A DNA stretch of 48,765 nucleotides, taken from positions 89,067 to 137,831 of the IMG/VR virus record IMGVR_UViG_3300029611_000001; one strand, 5' to 3'. The stretch is from a virus. Lineage: Duplodnaviria > Heunggongvirae > Uroviricota > Caudoviricetes. A program made the position numbers and the translations under genes. Below are positions 7,839 through 17,330 of this stretch, one piece after another; the first letter of the stretch is position 1, and every line of letters starts with the position of its first letter. Below the pieces are notes generated by a model. That model was not told the DNA's origin. It searched no databases and saw only the letters and a program-made list of their open reading frames with translations.

Positions 7839-8948
7839 TTATAGATTATACAATGTTTGATTTAAGACGTATGTTGATTCGTATTTAGGATTGAACATCT
7901 TTATCATCTTATACTGATCAGACCAATCCATGACAGTATCTCCTTTTATAAGTGATTTTACGGAAGACAGTATATTTTCCTTACCGATAGAAAAGCTAAA
8001 ACACGGACCTTCAAGCGCATTTAAAGGCATTGATTCCATTATCCTTTTTCTATTTCCAAAATCCTCAGACATTACCGTTATACCGTTTTCTTCATCTACC
8101 TTGACATTAACAACATTATCCACTAAAGTCATAGAATTAAGAACAGACATAAACAAATCCCTGTCAAACTTAACCCTCGACGATTTCTCGAATTTGTTAC
8201 ATACGTATTCGTAGTTAGGATACTGTTGTTCTACGTTCATATCCGATATAATCACATTATCAAAACATAAAAACGTCCTAATGCCATCTGTGGAAATACT
8301 GATCTCCGTATCTTTATCAGATAGAAAGCGGTATAAGATGGAAGCCGCGACCTCGCTTAGCATAATTGACCTTTCTTCTAATGCATTAGCATACTCTTTC
8401 CTATTTATAAACAGACGGAACATATCAGTAGAAACAATGTCAATATAATCCTTCTTCACATTAAGAAGAATAGAGCATATAGCCGGTCTAAATTCATCCG
8501 ATCCAACAAACGCAAAAGATCTTTTCATAGACTGAATGAAAGATGAGCTCATAACACGAATGCCATCACCTACAGGATAAAAGAAATCAGGGAAAGCCTT
8601 ATCCTCAATCCAAGTAGAAGAAAAAGATCCTCTATCGTATTTAAAAACGATACTGTAATCGTTTTTAATCTCTATCTCTATATCCTGGTTATGATTTTTA
8701 AAAAACGAAATAAGAGTCCCGGCATCTACTAAAAGAGAAAACTTATGGTCACAAGAAATATCAGTATTCACATCGAAAATATCATCCGTATATGTTATAC
8801 GTTCGTTCATGGCTTGTATCCGGATATGATCAAAATATAAAGTAATTTTTATATTCGATGTGACACAATCCTTTAGAACCTTATCAAACATCTTTGAAAT
8901 GTTTGAAAGTTTCTCATTCATTAGTATGCCAGGAACTCTTACTTTCAT
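7839..8948 (-). CDS. dnaN: DNA polymerase III beta-type sliding clamp
   Basis: 369 aa; FP, DEFRPAI, VSTDMFRL, YPNYE motifs. Confidence 0.9.
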   Translation of the reverse strand: MKVRVPGILMNEKLSNISKMFDKVLKDCVTSNIKITLYFDHIRIQAMNERITYTDDIFDVNTDISCDHKFSLLVDAGTLISFFKNHNQDIEIEIKNDYSIVFKYDRGSFSSTWIEDKAFPDFFYPVGDGIRVMSSSFIQSMKRSFAFVGSDEFRPAICSILLNVKKDYIDIVSTDMFRLFINRKEYANALEERSIMLSEVAASILYRFLSDKDTEISISTDGIRTFLCFDNVIISDMNVEQQYPNYEYVCNKFEKSSRVKFDRDLFMSVLNSMTLVDNVVNVKVDEENGITVMSEDFGNRKRIMESMPLNALEGPCFSFSIGKENILSSVKSLIKGDTVMDWSDQYKMIKMFNPKYESTYVLNQTLYNL

Positions 8949-8983
8949 TTTTTAAAACTTACGATTATGACTATCTAACACTG

Positions 8984-8991
8984 CAAATGTA
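8984..8991 (-). promoter_or_regulatory. -7 promoter box
   Basis: TACATTTG upstream of clamp gene. Confidence 0.55.
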
Positions 8992-9044
8992 TTATTTTAA
9001 AATCTAATTACGAATTAATTTGATTTAAAATGATTTAAAATAGA

Positions 9045-9578
9045 TTAAATGGTTCTTCTTGCTGCCTCTGCTATAAGCATTGCATCAACTATACCGTCAT
9101 GGGCTGTCTTACATCTTTCGTTTTTAACGAACGTATCGTTTGGCCACAGCCTTTTAGCGCAAGCCAATGACGTTTTCTTAGTATTTACCTTACTGGCTTC
9201 CATAACCTTATCAGAATGCGTCCAAACCAATTTCTGCCATGTTTTAGGGGCTATGAAATTAACGGAGCAACTTATGTCCGTAAATGCCATGCAGAGGGAG
9301 AGGAACAGCCCATGCAGTTGGCCTTTGTTCTCCATGAGGGAGGCTGTAGAGGATGTGCTGACCCCGTACAGTGCGTGGACGTCCTCTATGACAAATACTA
9401 CCCTATCAGGATTGTTTTCTACGATCGTATCCCGGCAAAAAACATATTCTTTAGTCAAGTCTACTGGTCCTGAAACTGATATTCTTGGAGTGGAGATTCT
9501 TGATATTAGTTTACTGTCCTGATCGATGCAGGCTATGGCTCCATCTTTTCCCGGATCTGCTGCTATATATAGTATCAT
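9045..9578 (-). CDS. RuvC-like Holliday junction resolvase
   Basis: DPGKDGA, VIEDV, PKTWQK, HDGIVDAMLIA. Confidence 0.88.
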   Translation of the reverse strand: MILYIAADPGKDGAIACIDQDSKLISRISTPRISVSGPVDLTKEYVFCRDTIVENNPDRVVFVIEDVHALYGVSTSSTASLMENKGQLHGLFLSLCMAFTDISCSVNFIAPKTWQKLVWTHSDKVMEASKVNTKKTSLACAKRLWPNDTFVKNERCKTAHDGIVDAMLIAEAARRTI

Positions 9579-9584
9579 AATGCA

Positions 9585-10019
9585 CTAATTTAGATTCATG
9601 TCAATTTTGCCAATGCTGTCATCATCTTCAAAACCTCCATTGTCTGTAAGTTTGTAATCAATAGCCACAGCACCGTTACCAAGAATGTAAAAGCCTTTAA
9701 ACATCTTTCCTATTTCAATAGGATACACTACATTTACGTCCCTTCCAATATCCTCAAACGGCATAGCGATATCTTTTGTTTCAGCTTCTTTTTGTTTTGC
9801 TAATACACCAACGGGTATATTTTTACCTTTTATAGATGCGTATGTAACCATATACAGAACATCGTTATTAACAAACGCCCTATCACTACTTACCTTATCC
9901 AAGCTAACATATATAATATGTTTTATAAAACTATTGATATCCCCACATATGTTAATAGCTTCTACTTCTTTCGGAATAACGACTTCCACTTCTTCTGGTT
10001 TTATATTTTTCTTTTTCAT
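9585..10019 (-). CDS. hypothetical protein
   Basis: Packed operon ORF, 144 aa. Confidence 0.75.
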   Translation of the reverse strand: MKKKNIKPEEVEVVIPKEVEAINICGDINSFIKHIIYVSLDKVSSDRAFVNNDVLYMVTYASIKGKNIPVGVLAKQKEAETKDIAMPFEDIGRDVNVVYPIEIGKMFKGFYILGNGAVAIDYKLTDNGGFEDDDSIGKIDMNLN

Positions 10020-10264
10020 TGAATTAACATTTTTGTATTTTGTTTTACTTCTTCAACAAGATCCTGATCTTTCATCATCTCTTGCTTAAGTTTCTCATTC
10101 TCCTTAATTCTTTTCACCCTATCGGCAAGAATCTTTTTGTATCTTTTATCCGAGATCTTTATAAACCAAGGACAGTTCCTTGATGGAATCCTTTTACATG
10201 GATAGTCAGTGAGACCGTTCGGTCCAAACTGCTCGCATCGGTTACATTTCTCTTCGCCCGTCAT
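10016..10264 (-). CDS. small Cys4 (putative Zn-binding) protein
   Basis: CNRC...PC...CPWF then helical tail. Confidence 0.65.
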   Translation of the reverse strand: MTGEEKCNRCEQFGPNGLTDYPCKRIPSRNCPWFIKISDKRYKKILADRVKRIKENEKLKQEMMKDQDLVEEVKQNTKMLIQ

Positions 10265-10269
10265 TGTAA

Positions 10270-10572
10270 TTATATTTTAGGAAAACATTCTTCAAGTTCT
10301 CTATAAGAGCACTCTACTACAACAGAATCTCCTTTAGGGAGAAATACGAAAATAGAATCGATAGAAAAAACGCTATCTACTTTTCTTACAAGTTGGCCAT
10401 GCTTGTAAGAAGACATGACCAACCTAATCCCATACGAATCTGAATAAGATCCTTTCCTACATGGAATTATGTTTTCAACAATATAATCAAAGCCTCCTAC
10501 GCTAACTTCATCGCCGGCATTGATTTCCATTAGGGAAACCATCTTAACCCTTCTATCTATGCTTATTTTCAT
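10270..10572 (-). CDS. hypothetical protein
   Basis: Overlaps thyA stop, 100 aa. Confidence 0.7.
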   Translation of the reverse strand: MKISIDRRVKMVSLMEINAGDEVSVGGFDYIVENIIPCRKGSYSDSYGIRLVMSSYKHGQLVRKVDSVFSIDSIFVFLPKGDSVVVECSYRELEECFPKI

Positions 10573-11441
10573 TTAGCTACTTCGAATTTTATTTGCTCCT
10601 TCGGTTCATAATTCCATACCTCAAAATCATCAGCTACAAAATCATAAAATCCTTTCCCTTCCATACGAGACGAGATAGTAACCTGTGGAACCGGGCCGAA
10701 TAGGGATCGACGAAGGAGCTCGTTTGCCTGCTCTTCGTGCCGGTCATATACGTGCATATCTTGAATGAAGTGCGTAAAAATAGCCGGCTTCAGGCCTGCG
10801 TCGTGAGCGAACATCATCATAAGTGCAGCGTACTGTGCTACATTCCATAGGCCGGCAACAATAGCATCCTGGCTGCGCTGATAAAGCGTCATATACAACT
10901 CATCTCCTTTAACAGATAAATTTACCTGAAACGCACATTCTTGAAGAGGTTTTAGTCCATTGGTTTCAGGATCAAACATAGATGCTACGATCCTTCTTGA
11001 TGAACGATCATTCTTGAGTGACCAAAGAATGAAGTCTGTTTGGTTAAGAAAACCGTAAAGACCATCATGGATGTCTATCATACCCTCTGGAGCTTTTCCG
11101 GTTCCCATATAAACATGTCTGTTCACCATATCTCCATAACATCCTTCGATCTTTCCATTATCATCAGCCCACTGATCCCATATATGAAGACCAAGATCTT
11201 TGATATCTACCGATCTTTTTTGCCAAATCCACAAAATTTCTTTTATGGAGTTTTTAAGATTAGTAGGTCTAAGCGAACCAAGAGGAAATTCCCGGCGAAG
11301 ATCGTACTGGTTGCATACTTGCAGGATACGCTTCACCTTTACGCCTGTCCCGTCACCGTAGACCGGTCGCCTTACCTCTTCCCACGGCTGGCTCATTATA
11401 AGAGCCAAATTGTCTTGAAATATTTTATCTACTCTTGCCAT
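10569..11441 (-). CDS. thyA: thymidylate synthase
   Basis: SRR, catalytic Cys (LQEC), YQRSQD, N(VAQY), DMHVYDRH. Confidence 0.95.
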   Translation of the reverse strand: MARVDKIFQDNLALIMSQPWEEVRRPVYGDGTGVKVKRILQVCNQYDLRREFPLGSLRPTNLKNSIKEILWIWQKRSVDIKDLGLHIWDQWADDNGKIEGCYGDMVNRHVYMGTGKAPEGMIDIHDGLYGFLNQTDFILWSLKNDRSSRRIVASMFDPETNGLKPLQECAFQVNLSVKGDELYMTLYQRSQDAIVAGLWNVAQYAALMMMFAHDAGLKPAIFTHFIQDMHVYDRHEEQANELLRRSLFGPVPQVTISSRMEGKGFYDFVADDFEVWNYEPKEQIKFEVAK

Positions 11442-11516
11442 ATTCTTATTAGGTACTTATATACTATAGTATCACCATCTCAAGGTTATGCCAACAAACA
11501 AGGATCATTGAAAATT

Positions 11517-11717
11517 CTAAGAGGAATGGTTATAAAGACGATTAATTTCTTCTTGTTCTAAACACGGACCACCTACAACTTTCTCTGTCGCTTTTCTTTG
11601 TCTAACAAAATCTTCAGCTTCGGAAAAAGTTGTAGCATAAATATATCCGCCATACTTTTCTCCATTGATTTCAAATTCTGTCACAAACTTCTTTTGTTTT
11701 TCTTCTTTTGTTTCCAT
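11517..11717 (-). CDS. hypothetical protein
   Basis: METKEEKQKKFVTEFEING..., 66 aa. Confidence 0.65.
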   Translation of the reverse strand: METKEEKQKKFVTEFEINGEKYGGYIYATTFSEAEDFVRQRKATEKVVGGPCLEQEEINRLYNHSS

Positions 11718-11789
11718 AACTGTAATTTTTAAAAGCAAATAATTGATTGATTTATAAAAAGAAATAAAGCGGTGATAAACTAAGTTACC

Positions 11790-12101
11790 TTAACCAACTA
11801 CCATCCAATCATCAGCCAACATATCTGATTGAGAAGCTAACCATCCATTTACAATATTATCGTTAGCATCTTTCATGCACAGATAAGAACAAAATTTAAT
11901 CATGTTGGTTTCATCTATGTCATAATAATCGTTTACGTATTTTTTAAACGAATCCGGCAATGACTTTACTTTATTAACTATCATATCAGTAGACGACCAA
12001 TCTTCCGGTCGCTGGAATACGAACATTCCTTTACCATTCCATCCTGAACGAGCAATTAACTTACCTTCTTTTACTGCCTCTAAAGCTTCTCCAAATTTCA
12101 T
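11790..12101 (-). CDS. DUF2829 / Tad2 (Thoeris anti-defence 2)-family protein
   Basis: MKFGEALEAVKEGKLIARSGWNGKGMFV...GWLASQSDMLADDW. Confidence 0.88.
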   Translation of the reverse strand: MKFGEALEAVKEGKLIARSGWNGKGMFVFQRPEDWSSTDMIVNKVKSLPDSFKKYVNDYYDIDETNMIKFCSYLCMKDANDNIVNGWLASQSDMLADDWMVVG

Positions 12102-12114
12102 AACTATATTTTTT

Positions 12115-13542
12115 TTATAAATTAAACTCTGCAAAATCTATTTCAGATCCGGTTGACAAATTAATCATTGACTTTTCAAGCTCTTCCATTGGAACCGGTT
12201 TCACAATACCTCCATTACCAAGAGTCCTTTTATAGAAGTTTATCACCACCTGATCGCTGGTTTTTACCGTCTTAGGAATAGGTTGGCGAAGATATAATCC
12301 ATCAAGAGACTTTACTCTTGAAAGAGCCGTATATAGCTGTCCTGTTTCAAAAGAATTAGATACGTCCATCATAGCCGCATCCAATGTCAGGCCTTGGGCT
12401 TTATGGATCGTGATAGAATAACCTATTTTTATAGGATACTGAATAATAGCTCCTACTACTTCAGATTCTATCTTATATCCGTTTCTTACGTATTTTACTT
12501 TCTCAAACGAACATGGTGTTATAACAACCTTAGTATGCTCATCATCTTTCGGTTTATCAAGGACTACTTCAATCTCACCCTTTTTTATAGATAATACAGT
12601 ACCAAGAGAGCCATTGAAGTACTCTCCTCCGTTTCTTGTTATCATAACTCTTGATCCTTCTTTCAAGAAAAGAGTTTTTTCAACCGGAGCATCTTTAGGA
12701 TAATCACCGTTTATAACAGCTTCTAATTTTCTTAAAGAGCCTGGTAACGATGATATTCTCATTTCGTTAATAGCCGTAGCTTTTGAGTTGGTAGTTACAA
12801 TCTCAACATATCCTTGATTATTATCAGACTGAATACATCTGCTGTTTATTGTATCAAATACATCATCATCCATCTGCCCTTCACGCACCTTATTAAGGAC
12901 ACTAATAAACTTCTCATCTTTCTGACGGTATATTTTTTCAAAAGAAACCATTTCCATACCAGAAGCCATTAGAGACTTGGAGCTAAAGAAGTAAGATGTA
13001 TCGTATATTTCTCTAAAAAAATCCTCCTTAATTACTGGCGGAAGTTGAAATAAATCACCTACCATAATAAGTTTCACGCCGCCAAACGGGTCCTTGTCTC
13101 CTCTTGCATGACGAAGTATATCAGCTACGTTGTCAAGAAGATCAGGGCGAACCATAGAAATCTCGTCTATGATAAGATACTTTATATTCTGTAAAATCTT
13201 TTCCGAACCTCCGTTGAATTTATATTCGCAGTTATCCATAAACGCGCCTTTTCGTATTTCAGGTATATACGGCTGCATTCCTATTCTAAAAAATGAATGA
13301 ATGGTTTGACCACCTGCATTAACAGCAGCAACACCTGTAGGAGCTACAACAACCGCATTTTTTAATGCCGGTATAATACGCTTAAGGAACGTTGTTTTTC
13401 CACTTCCTCCTTTACCGGTTATAAACAGCGGTTTTGGTGACTTACAAATAGACTTAATAGCCTTTCCTTGTGCGACATTACCTTCGGACATAACTGAACG
13501 AAGAACGCACTCCATGATTTTTTTGTCGTAACTTATAGCCAT
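12115..13542 (-). CDS. Pif1/RecD-like SF1B helicase
   Basis: GKGGSGKT, DEISMV, GDLFQLPP, YRQ, TIHKAQGLT, YTALSR. Confidence 0.93.
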   Translation of the reverse strand: MAISYDKKIMECVLRSVMSEGNVAQGKAIKSICKSPKPLFITGKGGSGKTTFLKRIIPALKNAVVVAPTGVAAVNAGGQTIHSFFRIGMQPYIPEIRKGAFMDNCEYKFNGGSEKILQNIKYLIIDEISMVRPDLLDNVADILRHARGDKDPFGGVKLIMVGDLFQLPPVIKEDFFREIYDTSYFFSSKSLMASGMEMVSFEKIYRQKDEKFISVLNKVREGQMDDDVFDTINSRCIQSDNNQGYVEIVTTNSKATAINEMRISSLPGSLRKLEAVINGDYPKDAPVEKTLFLKEGSRVMITRNGGEYFNGSLGTVLSIKKGEIEVVLDKPKDDEHTKVVITPCSFEKVKYVRNGYKIESEVVGAIIQYPIKIGYSITIHKAQGLTLDAAMMDVSNSFETGQLYTALSRVKSLDGLYLRQPIPKTVKTSDQVVINFYKRTLGNGGIVKPVPMEELEKSMINLSTGSEIDFAEFNL

Positions 13543-13568
13543 CTTTTTTCTGATTTTGTTCTACAAAA

Positions 13569-13576
13569 CAAAAGTA
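13569..13576 (-). promoter_or_regulatory. -7 promoter box
   Basis: TACTTTTG upstream of helicase. Confidence 0.5.
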
Positions 13577-13799
13577 TGAAAATAAAATAAAACCTAAAAT
13601 ATAAAATGAATTAATTAGGTTTAAAAAGAAATAATAATTCGGATAAGTAGTTTTGAATCAGACAGTAATATGGTTTCGTATAGATATGGTTATGGCATAG
13701 TGGTGGCTAACGGGTGTTTCCGTCGATGTTCTACGAGATTATCGTTTTTCGGCTCTGTAGGCGACCACTAAGAACAGACCCTCTCTCAAGTACCAAACA

Positions 13800-15368
13800 T
13801 TATAATGATGAATACTGAGATGAAGGATAAAGATAGGTATCACTATAGAATGATAGTTCTTCTAATGGTATATCCTTGAATACGGATTCACCATCTAATT
13901 CTTTATCATTACCTACTGTTATACTAATATTAGGTAATGATTGGGTAGATATATCCATATTCCCTATCTTTTCCTTAAACTGTTCTGCCTTAACATACGT
14001 ATAGATGTCTTCGCTTACCGATCCCACCGCTTTAGCCATCTCGCCGGCGAACTCAGCATACATATCCCGTACCTCATTAAAACCTGACTTTTTGTCAGGA
14101 GCGGTATTGTTATAGGATTTCATTCTCCTACTTACCCGACCACAGACCCCGGCAACGGACGTCCCCACCTCAGCACAGCAGGCTTCCGCATCAGCCATGC
14201 CTGCCTTTACCGTGGCTACCTTCTCCTTGCTCCACCCACTAACCTTGTCGTATGATTGTTTAAGACAGTTTAAGAACATGTCCATTCTTCGCTTCTTGTC
14301 TTCTGCTATGATAGCGCGATAGTACTTCCTTATAATTTGGTTTTGTGTACTTCGCTCATATCCGTCCCAGAAGTCTTTGTGCGCTTCTTTAGCCATAACA
14401 GAGGCCAATGACCTTGCTTCTTCTTCTTTTGTCTTTTTACGATCTATGCCAAGGATTTCGCCATCTTCGGAAACAACTTCTTCTGCATTCAGGAAACGTA
14501 GGATATGAGTATTGTCTTTTAAGAAGAAATTGAAATCGTCTTTCTTACTCACTTTTTCTTTTTCTCCTTTCTCTATATCCTTCTCTCCAAAATACCATCT
14601 GTTTGTTGCTCCTTTTTTATACAAGGTCCAGGTATTTGCTATTTGCCAGAAAACTGCTCCGTGCCTATATACCGGAATCAGCTTACCTATTGGGTAGTTA
14701 TGTTCGTTTGCTTCAATGTAAGCACGAGGATTATCTACGTATGTTATAAATTGTACGTTTTCGAACCTTTTTACGAGCTTGTCTTTTATCGCCATACCGA
14801 CAATCTCTTTCGCTTTTGTTAGTCCTACATTCAAGTACAAGGCAATTGTTTTATTACTTATCGTCGAATCAATTAATCCATAATACGAGTGGCTTCCGTC
14901 TACGACATCCGCCTGAGAGTTTGTCTCTCCACTGTTCAGTACAGACTCATTGTTTCTGACTAAATTAACAAACATCGCCTCTCTTATCCTGTCAAGGACT
15001 TTTTCATGGTTTGTTATTTCATTTTTCTTTATCTTAATTAAAATCCTATTCTTTGGAAGATTCACTTTACCACATCCGAGAGTAAGTTGTACGCCATTAA
15101 CACGATACCTTCTTGCAACGAACGTACTATCCGTCATACGGAACAGTTCGTTAAACATCGGATGTCCTGTCATGTTCTTGAACTTCGAATACCCGATTCC
15201 AAGTTTATGAAGAAGATCTTTCTGGTTTTTGAATCTTATTCTCGAATCCCGGCGGGAGATTTTTATCATACAGTATAAAGCATACAATTCCATGAACAGC
15301 GAATCATCTGACCACTGCTCCAAAAGTCTAAGACTTATGTTAATATTTCTACCTAATTGTAGCTTCAT
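13800..15368 (-). CDS. basic DNA-binding protein with HTH-like segments, putative replication initiator
   Basis: QKDLLHKLGIGYSKF and ISNKTIALYLNVGLTKAKEIV HTH-like stretches; first gene of replication arm; ATG 15368 chosen because the earlier ATG lies inside a terminator stem. Confidence 0.5.
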   Translation of the reverse strand: MKLQLGRNINISLRLLEQWSDDSLFMELYALYCMIKISRRDSRIRFKNQKDLLHKLGIGYSKFKNMTGHPMFNELFRMTDSTFVARRYRVNGVQLTLGCGKVNLPKNRILIKIKKNEITNHEKVLDRIREAMFVNLVRNNESVLNSGETNSQADVVDGSHSYYGLIDSTISNKTIALYLNVGLTKAKEIVGMAIKDKLVKRFENVQFITYVDNPRAYIEANEHNYPIGKLIPVYRHGAVFWQIANTWTLYKKGATNRWYFGEKDIEKGEKEKVSKKDDFNFFLKDNTHILRFLNAEEVVSEDGEILGIDRKKTKEEEARSLASVMAKEAHKDFWDGYERSTQNQIIRKYYRAIIAEDKKRRMDMFLNCLKQSYDKVSGWSKEKVATVKAGMADAEACCAEVGTSVAGVCGRVSRRMKSYNNTAPDKKSGFNEVRDMYAEFAGEMAKAVGSVSEDIYTYVKAEQFKEKIGNMDISTQSLPNISITVGNDKELDGESVFKDIPLEELSFYSDTYLYPSSQYSSL

Positions 15369-15378
15369 AATCTGTAAC

Positions 15379-15420
15379 AAAAAAAAATCGGATGGATTTT
15401 TGGGGATATCCATCCGATTT
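15379..15420 (-). terminator. terminator/attenuator in leader of putative initiator
   Basis: AAATCGGATGGAT/ATCCATCCGATTT 13-bp stem with T9 tract on minus strand. Confidence 0.85.
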
Positions 15421-15450
15421 GTGTCTTTTTGCAGATAATCGCCAAAATCC

Positions 15451-15544
15451 CGTTACAGATAAAGAAGAGTCTCAAATCAACAATAAGACAATTAATATTT
15501 TATATTCTTATTTTTGATTTGAACTCATATTTATATCTGTAACG
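15451..15544 (-). ncRNA. long leader hairpin (candidate cis-regulatory RNA)
   Basis: About 38-nt imperfect inverted-repeat arms immediately downstream of TATATTTG (15550-15557). Confidence 0.6.
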
Positions 15545-15683
15545 CGCTACAAATATACAAATAAAATTCAAGAATCAAACAATAAGACCTTATTTTCAAA
15601 ATATAGCAGTACAAATATCGGGACAAATCCCGAATCCATTGTCATAAAATACGTTAATTTTAAATTTATAAATCCTTAATCCT

Positions 15684-15691
15684 TATCTTTG
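15684..15691 (+). promoter_or_regulatory. -7 promoter box for rightward operon
   Basis: TATCTTTG 18 nt before ATG 15710. Confidence 0.65.
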
Positions 15692-15709
15692 TATCAAAAC
15701 GATAATCTC

Positions 15710-16150
15710 ATGAAAGAAAGTGATAATAAAGATGTTAGTAATAGAGCTTATAGGCTTTTAGTACCTTATTCCAATACGGTAGATATGGCGAAGAAGATAC
15801 TTCTGTTTTATAACGGATACTTAATGGCTTCCGGCAATGAGAAGAATGTCATAGATGCGAGGCACTTAAATCTTCTTGCCTATTATTTTGTGTTTGGATA
15901 TTCGTATGAGACGAAGAAGAAGTTTTCTCATTGTTTCAGTACCGATCTTCAATATGTATCGGTTTTGGATACGGAGATGAAGAAGCGTGGTATTTTGATT
16001 GACCGTGAAGGGAATTACAGGACCAGGTGTTTGTGCCCGGATATAGAGAACATGCGCCGTCTTTTTGTATTGGAGGGTTCAAGAGATCAATGTGTGTTGG
16101 TTTCTTTATTTTACAGAAAAAAAACTTTTGAAGCCGATGGCGAAGAATAA
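15710..16150 (+). CDS. hypothetical protein, possibly winged-HTH
   Basis: First gene of rightward operon; LDTEMKKRGILID segment. Confidence 0.65.
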   Translation: MKESDNKDVSNRAYRLLVPYSNTVDMAKKILLFYNGYLMASGNEKNVIDARHLNLLAYYFVFGYSYETKKKFSHCFSTDLQYVSVLDTEMKKRGILIDREGNYRTRCLCPDIENMRRLFVLEGSRDQCVLVSLFYRKKTFEADGEE

Positions 16151-16586
16151 TTTCCCTATATCATTTGAGTCACATATTATAGATGATGTGATGGATAAGA
16201 CCGGGGGCGTTTACGACCGAAACCAAATACGTGACGTTTTTAGAGCCAGTATTTCTTATGCCAATAACTTATGTATGTACACAGATAACGTGTCTGTATC
16301 GTTCCCGTATGTAGGTGATATGGTTTGTAACCTTCATGAGATGGAGAGGCGCAAACACAATCTTGAGCGTCTTAAATATAAGGTGGAAAAATTATCTAAG
16401 TATCAGGAAAAAGAACTTAAGTGCCTTGATATTAAGATAAGGATGATAAAGGATGCTTATGACTCAGGTGAGATAAAAAGTGGTGATATGTTGATAAAAC
16501 ACAACAAATTATCTATCTTTAAATCTCGTAAAGGTCATAGTTTTAGTGAAATACAAAATATTCAAGAACAGGAATTTAATAGATAA
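16137..16586 (+). CDS. IHF/HU-like protein (divergent)
   Basis: IIDDVMDKTG...QIRDVF...VSFPYVGDM; crAss-like head modules carry IHF-like genes. Confidence 0.45.
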   Translation: MAKNNFPISFESHIIDDVMDKTGGVYDRNQIRDVFRASISYANNLCMYTDNVSVSFPYVGDMVCNLHEMERRKHNLERLKYKVEKLSKYQEKELKCLDIKIRMIKDAYDSGEIKSGDMLIKHNKLSIFKSRKGHSFSEIQNIQEQEFNR

Positions 16587-16589
16587 GTC

Positions 16590-17327
16590 ATGAAAAAGAT
16601 TTTGCAAGCGGAAGTTATATACGATGCTTTTATGGATACGATATTAAAAAAACTTCCAAGAAAAAAAGAGGATTATCCTGATTGGTACAAAGAACGTCTT
16701 GAAAAGTGTGAAGGATGTAAATTCAACACCAAGAACGTTCCTAACTCTATGTTGCCTCTTTCTTTGTATGTAAGCAAGAAAATAGGTAAAAATCGTTGTT
16801 CGGTATGTACGTGCTTCATCAAGCAGAAGGCCTGGAGCAAGACAGAGGAATGTGCGCTTGGGGAGGGGCTTCCCCGTCCTTCGTGGATGGATCGTCAGTA
16901 TTCTATTGATTTTTATGATGAGAAGTCAAGATGGAACAGGTTAGAACTTATTACAATGGATTCTGATGAATTTAATGTTATTTCTACAGATGACAAGCAA
17001 TATAATATTGACCTCTCTAAAGACGGTAAATCATTTGAAATCATTTTCGAACCGGTAGAAAAAGGGAACAGTATAAGGTTTTCATTCGTTCTTGAGTCTA
17101 AGCATGATATGAAGATAACAGCATCAGAGACATCTTGTGGCTGTACGTCCTCTAATTTGAATATCATAGACTCCCGTCACTTTAAGTTCAATATAGAGAT
17201 ACATACAGCAGGATTTGGAATAGGAAGATTCGTAAAGTACATGACTGTTCACTATCAAAAAAATGGGTCTCAAAAAGAGGAAAAGATTCCGTTTAATTTT
17301 GAAGGTACTATAATTCAAAAAAGTTAA
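16590..17327 (+). CDS. Cys-rich Zn-binding domain fused to DUF1573-like Ig domain
   Basis: RLEKCEGC...RCSVCTCFI...EECA and ITASETSCGCTS. Confidence 0.6.
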   Translation: MKKILQAEVIYDAFMDTILKKLPRKKEDYPDWYKERLEKCEGCKFNTKNVPNSMLPLSLYVSKKIGKNRCSVCTCFIKQKAWSKTEECALGEGLPRPSWMDRQYSIDFYDEKSRWNRLELITMDSDEFNVISTDDKQYNIDLSKDGKSFEIIFEPVEKGNSIRFSFVLESKHDMKITASETSCGCTSSNLNIIDSRHFKFNIEIHTAGFGIGRFVKYMTVHYQKNGSQKEEKIPFNFEGTIIQKS

Positions 17328-17330
17328 GTT

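Noticed and set aside
10569..11441. dCMP hydroxymethylase or base-modification enzyme
   Set aside because: The dUMP-specifying Asn (WNVAQY) is retained and no modification genes are adjacent
15369..15413. N-terminal extension of the 537-aa ORF (also alternative starts at 18399, 16065, 15689, 12134)
   Set aside because: Extensions overlap terminators, promoters or upstream genes; downstream ATGs fit better
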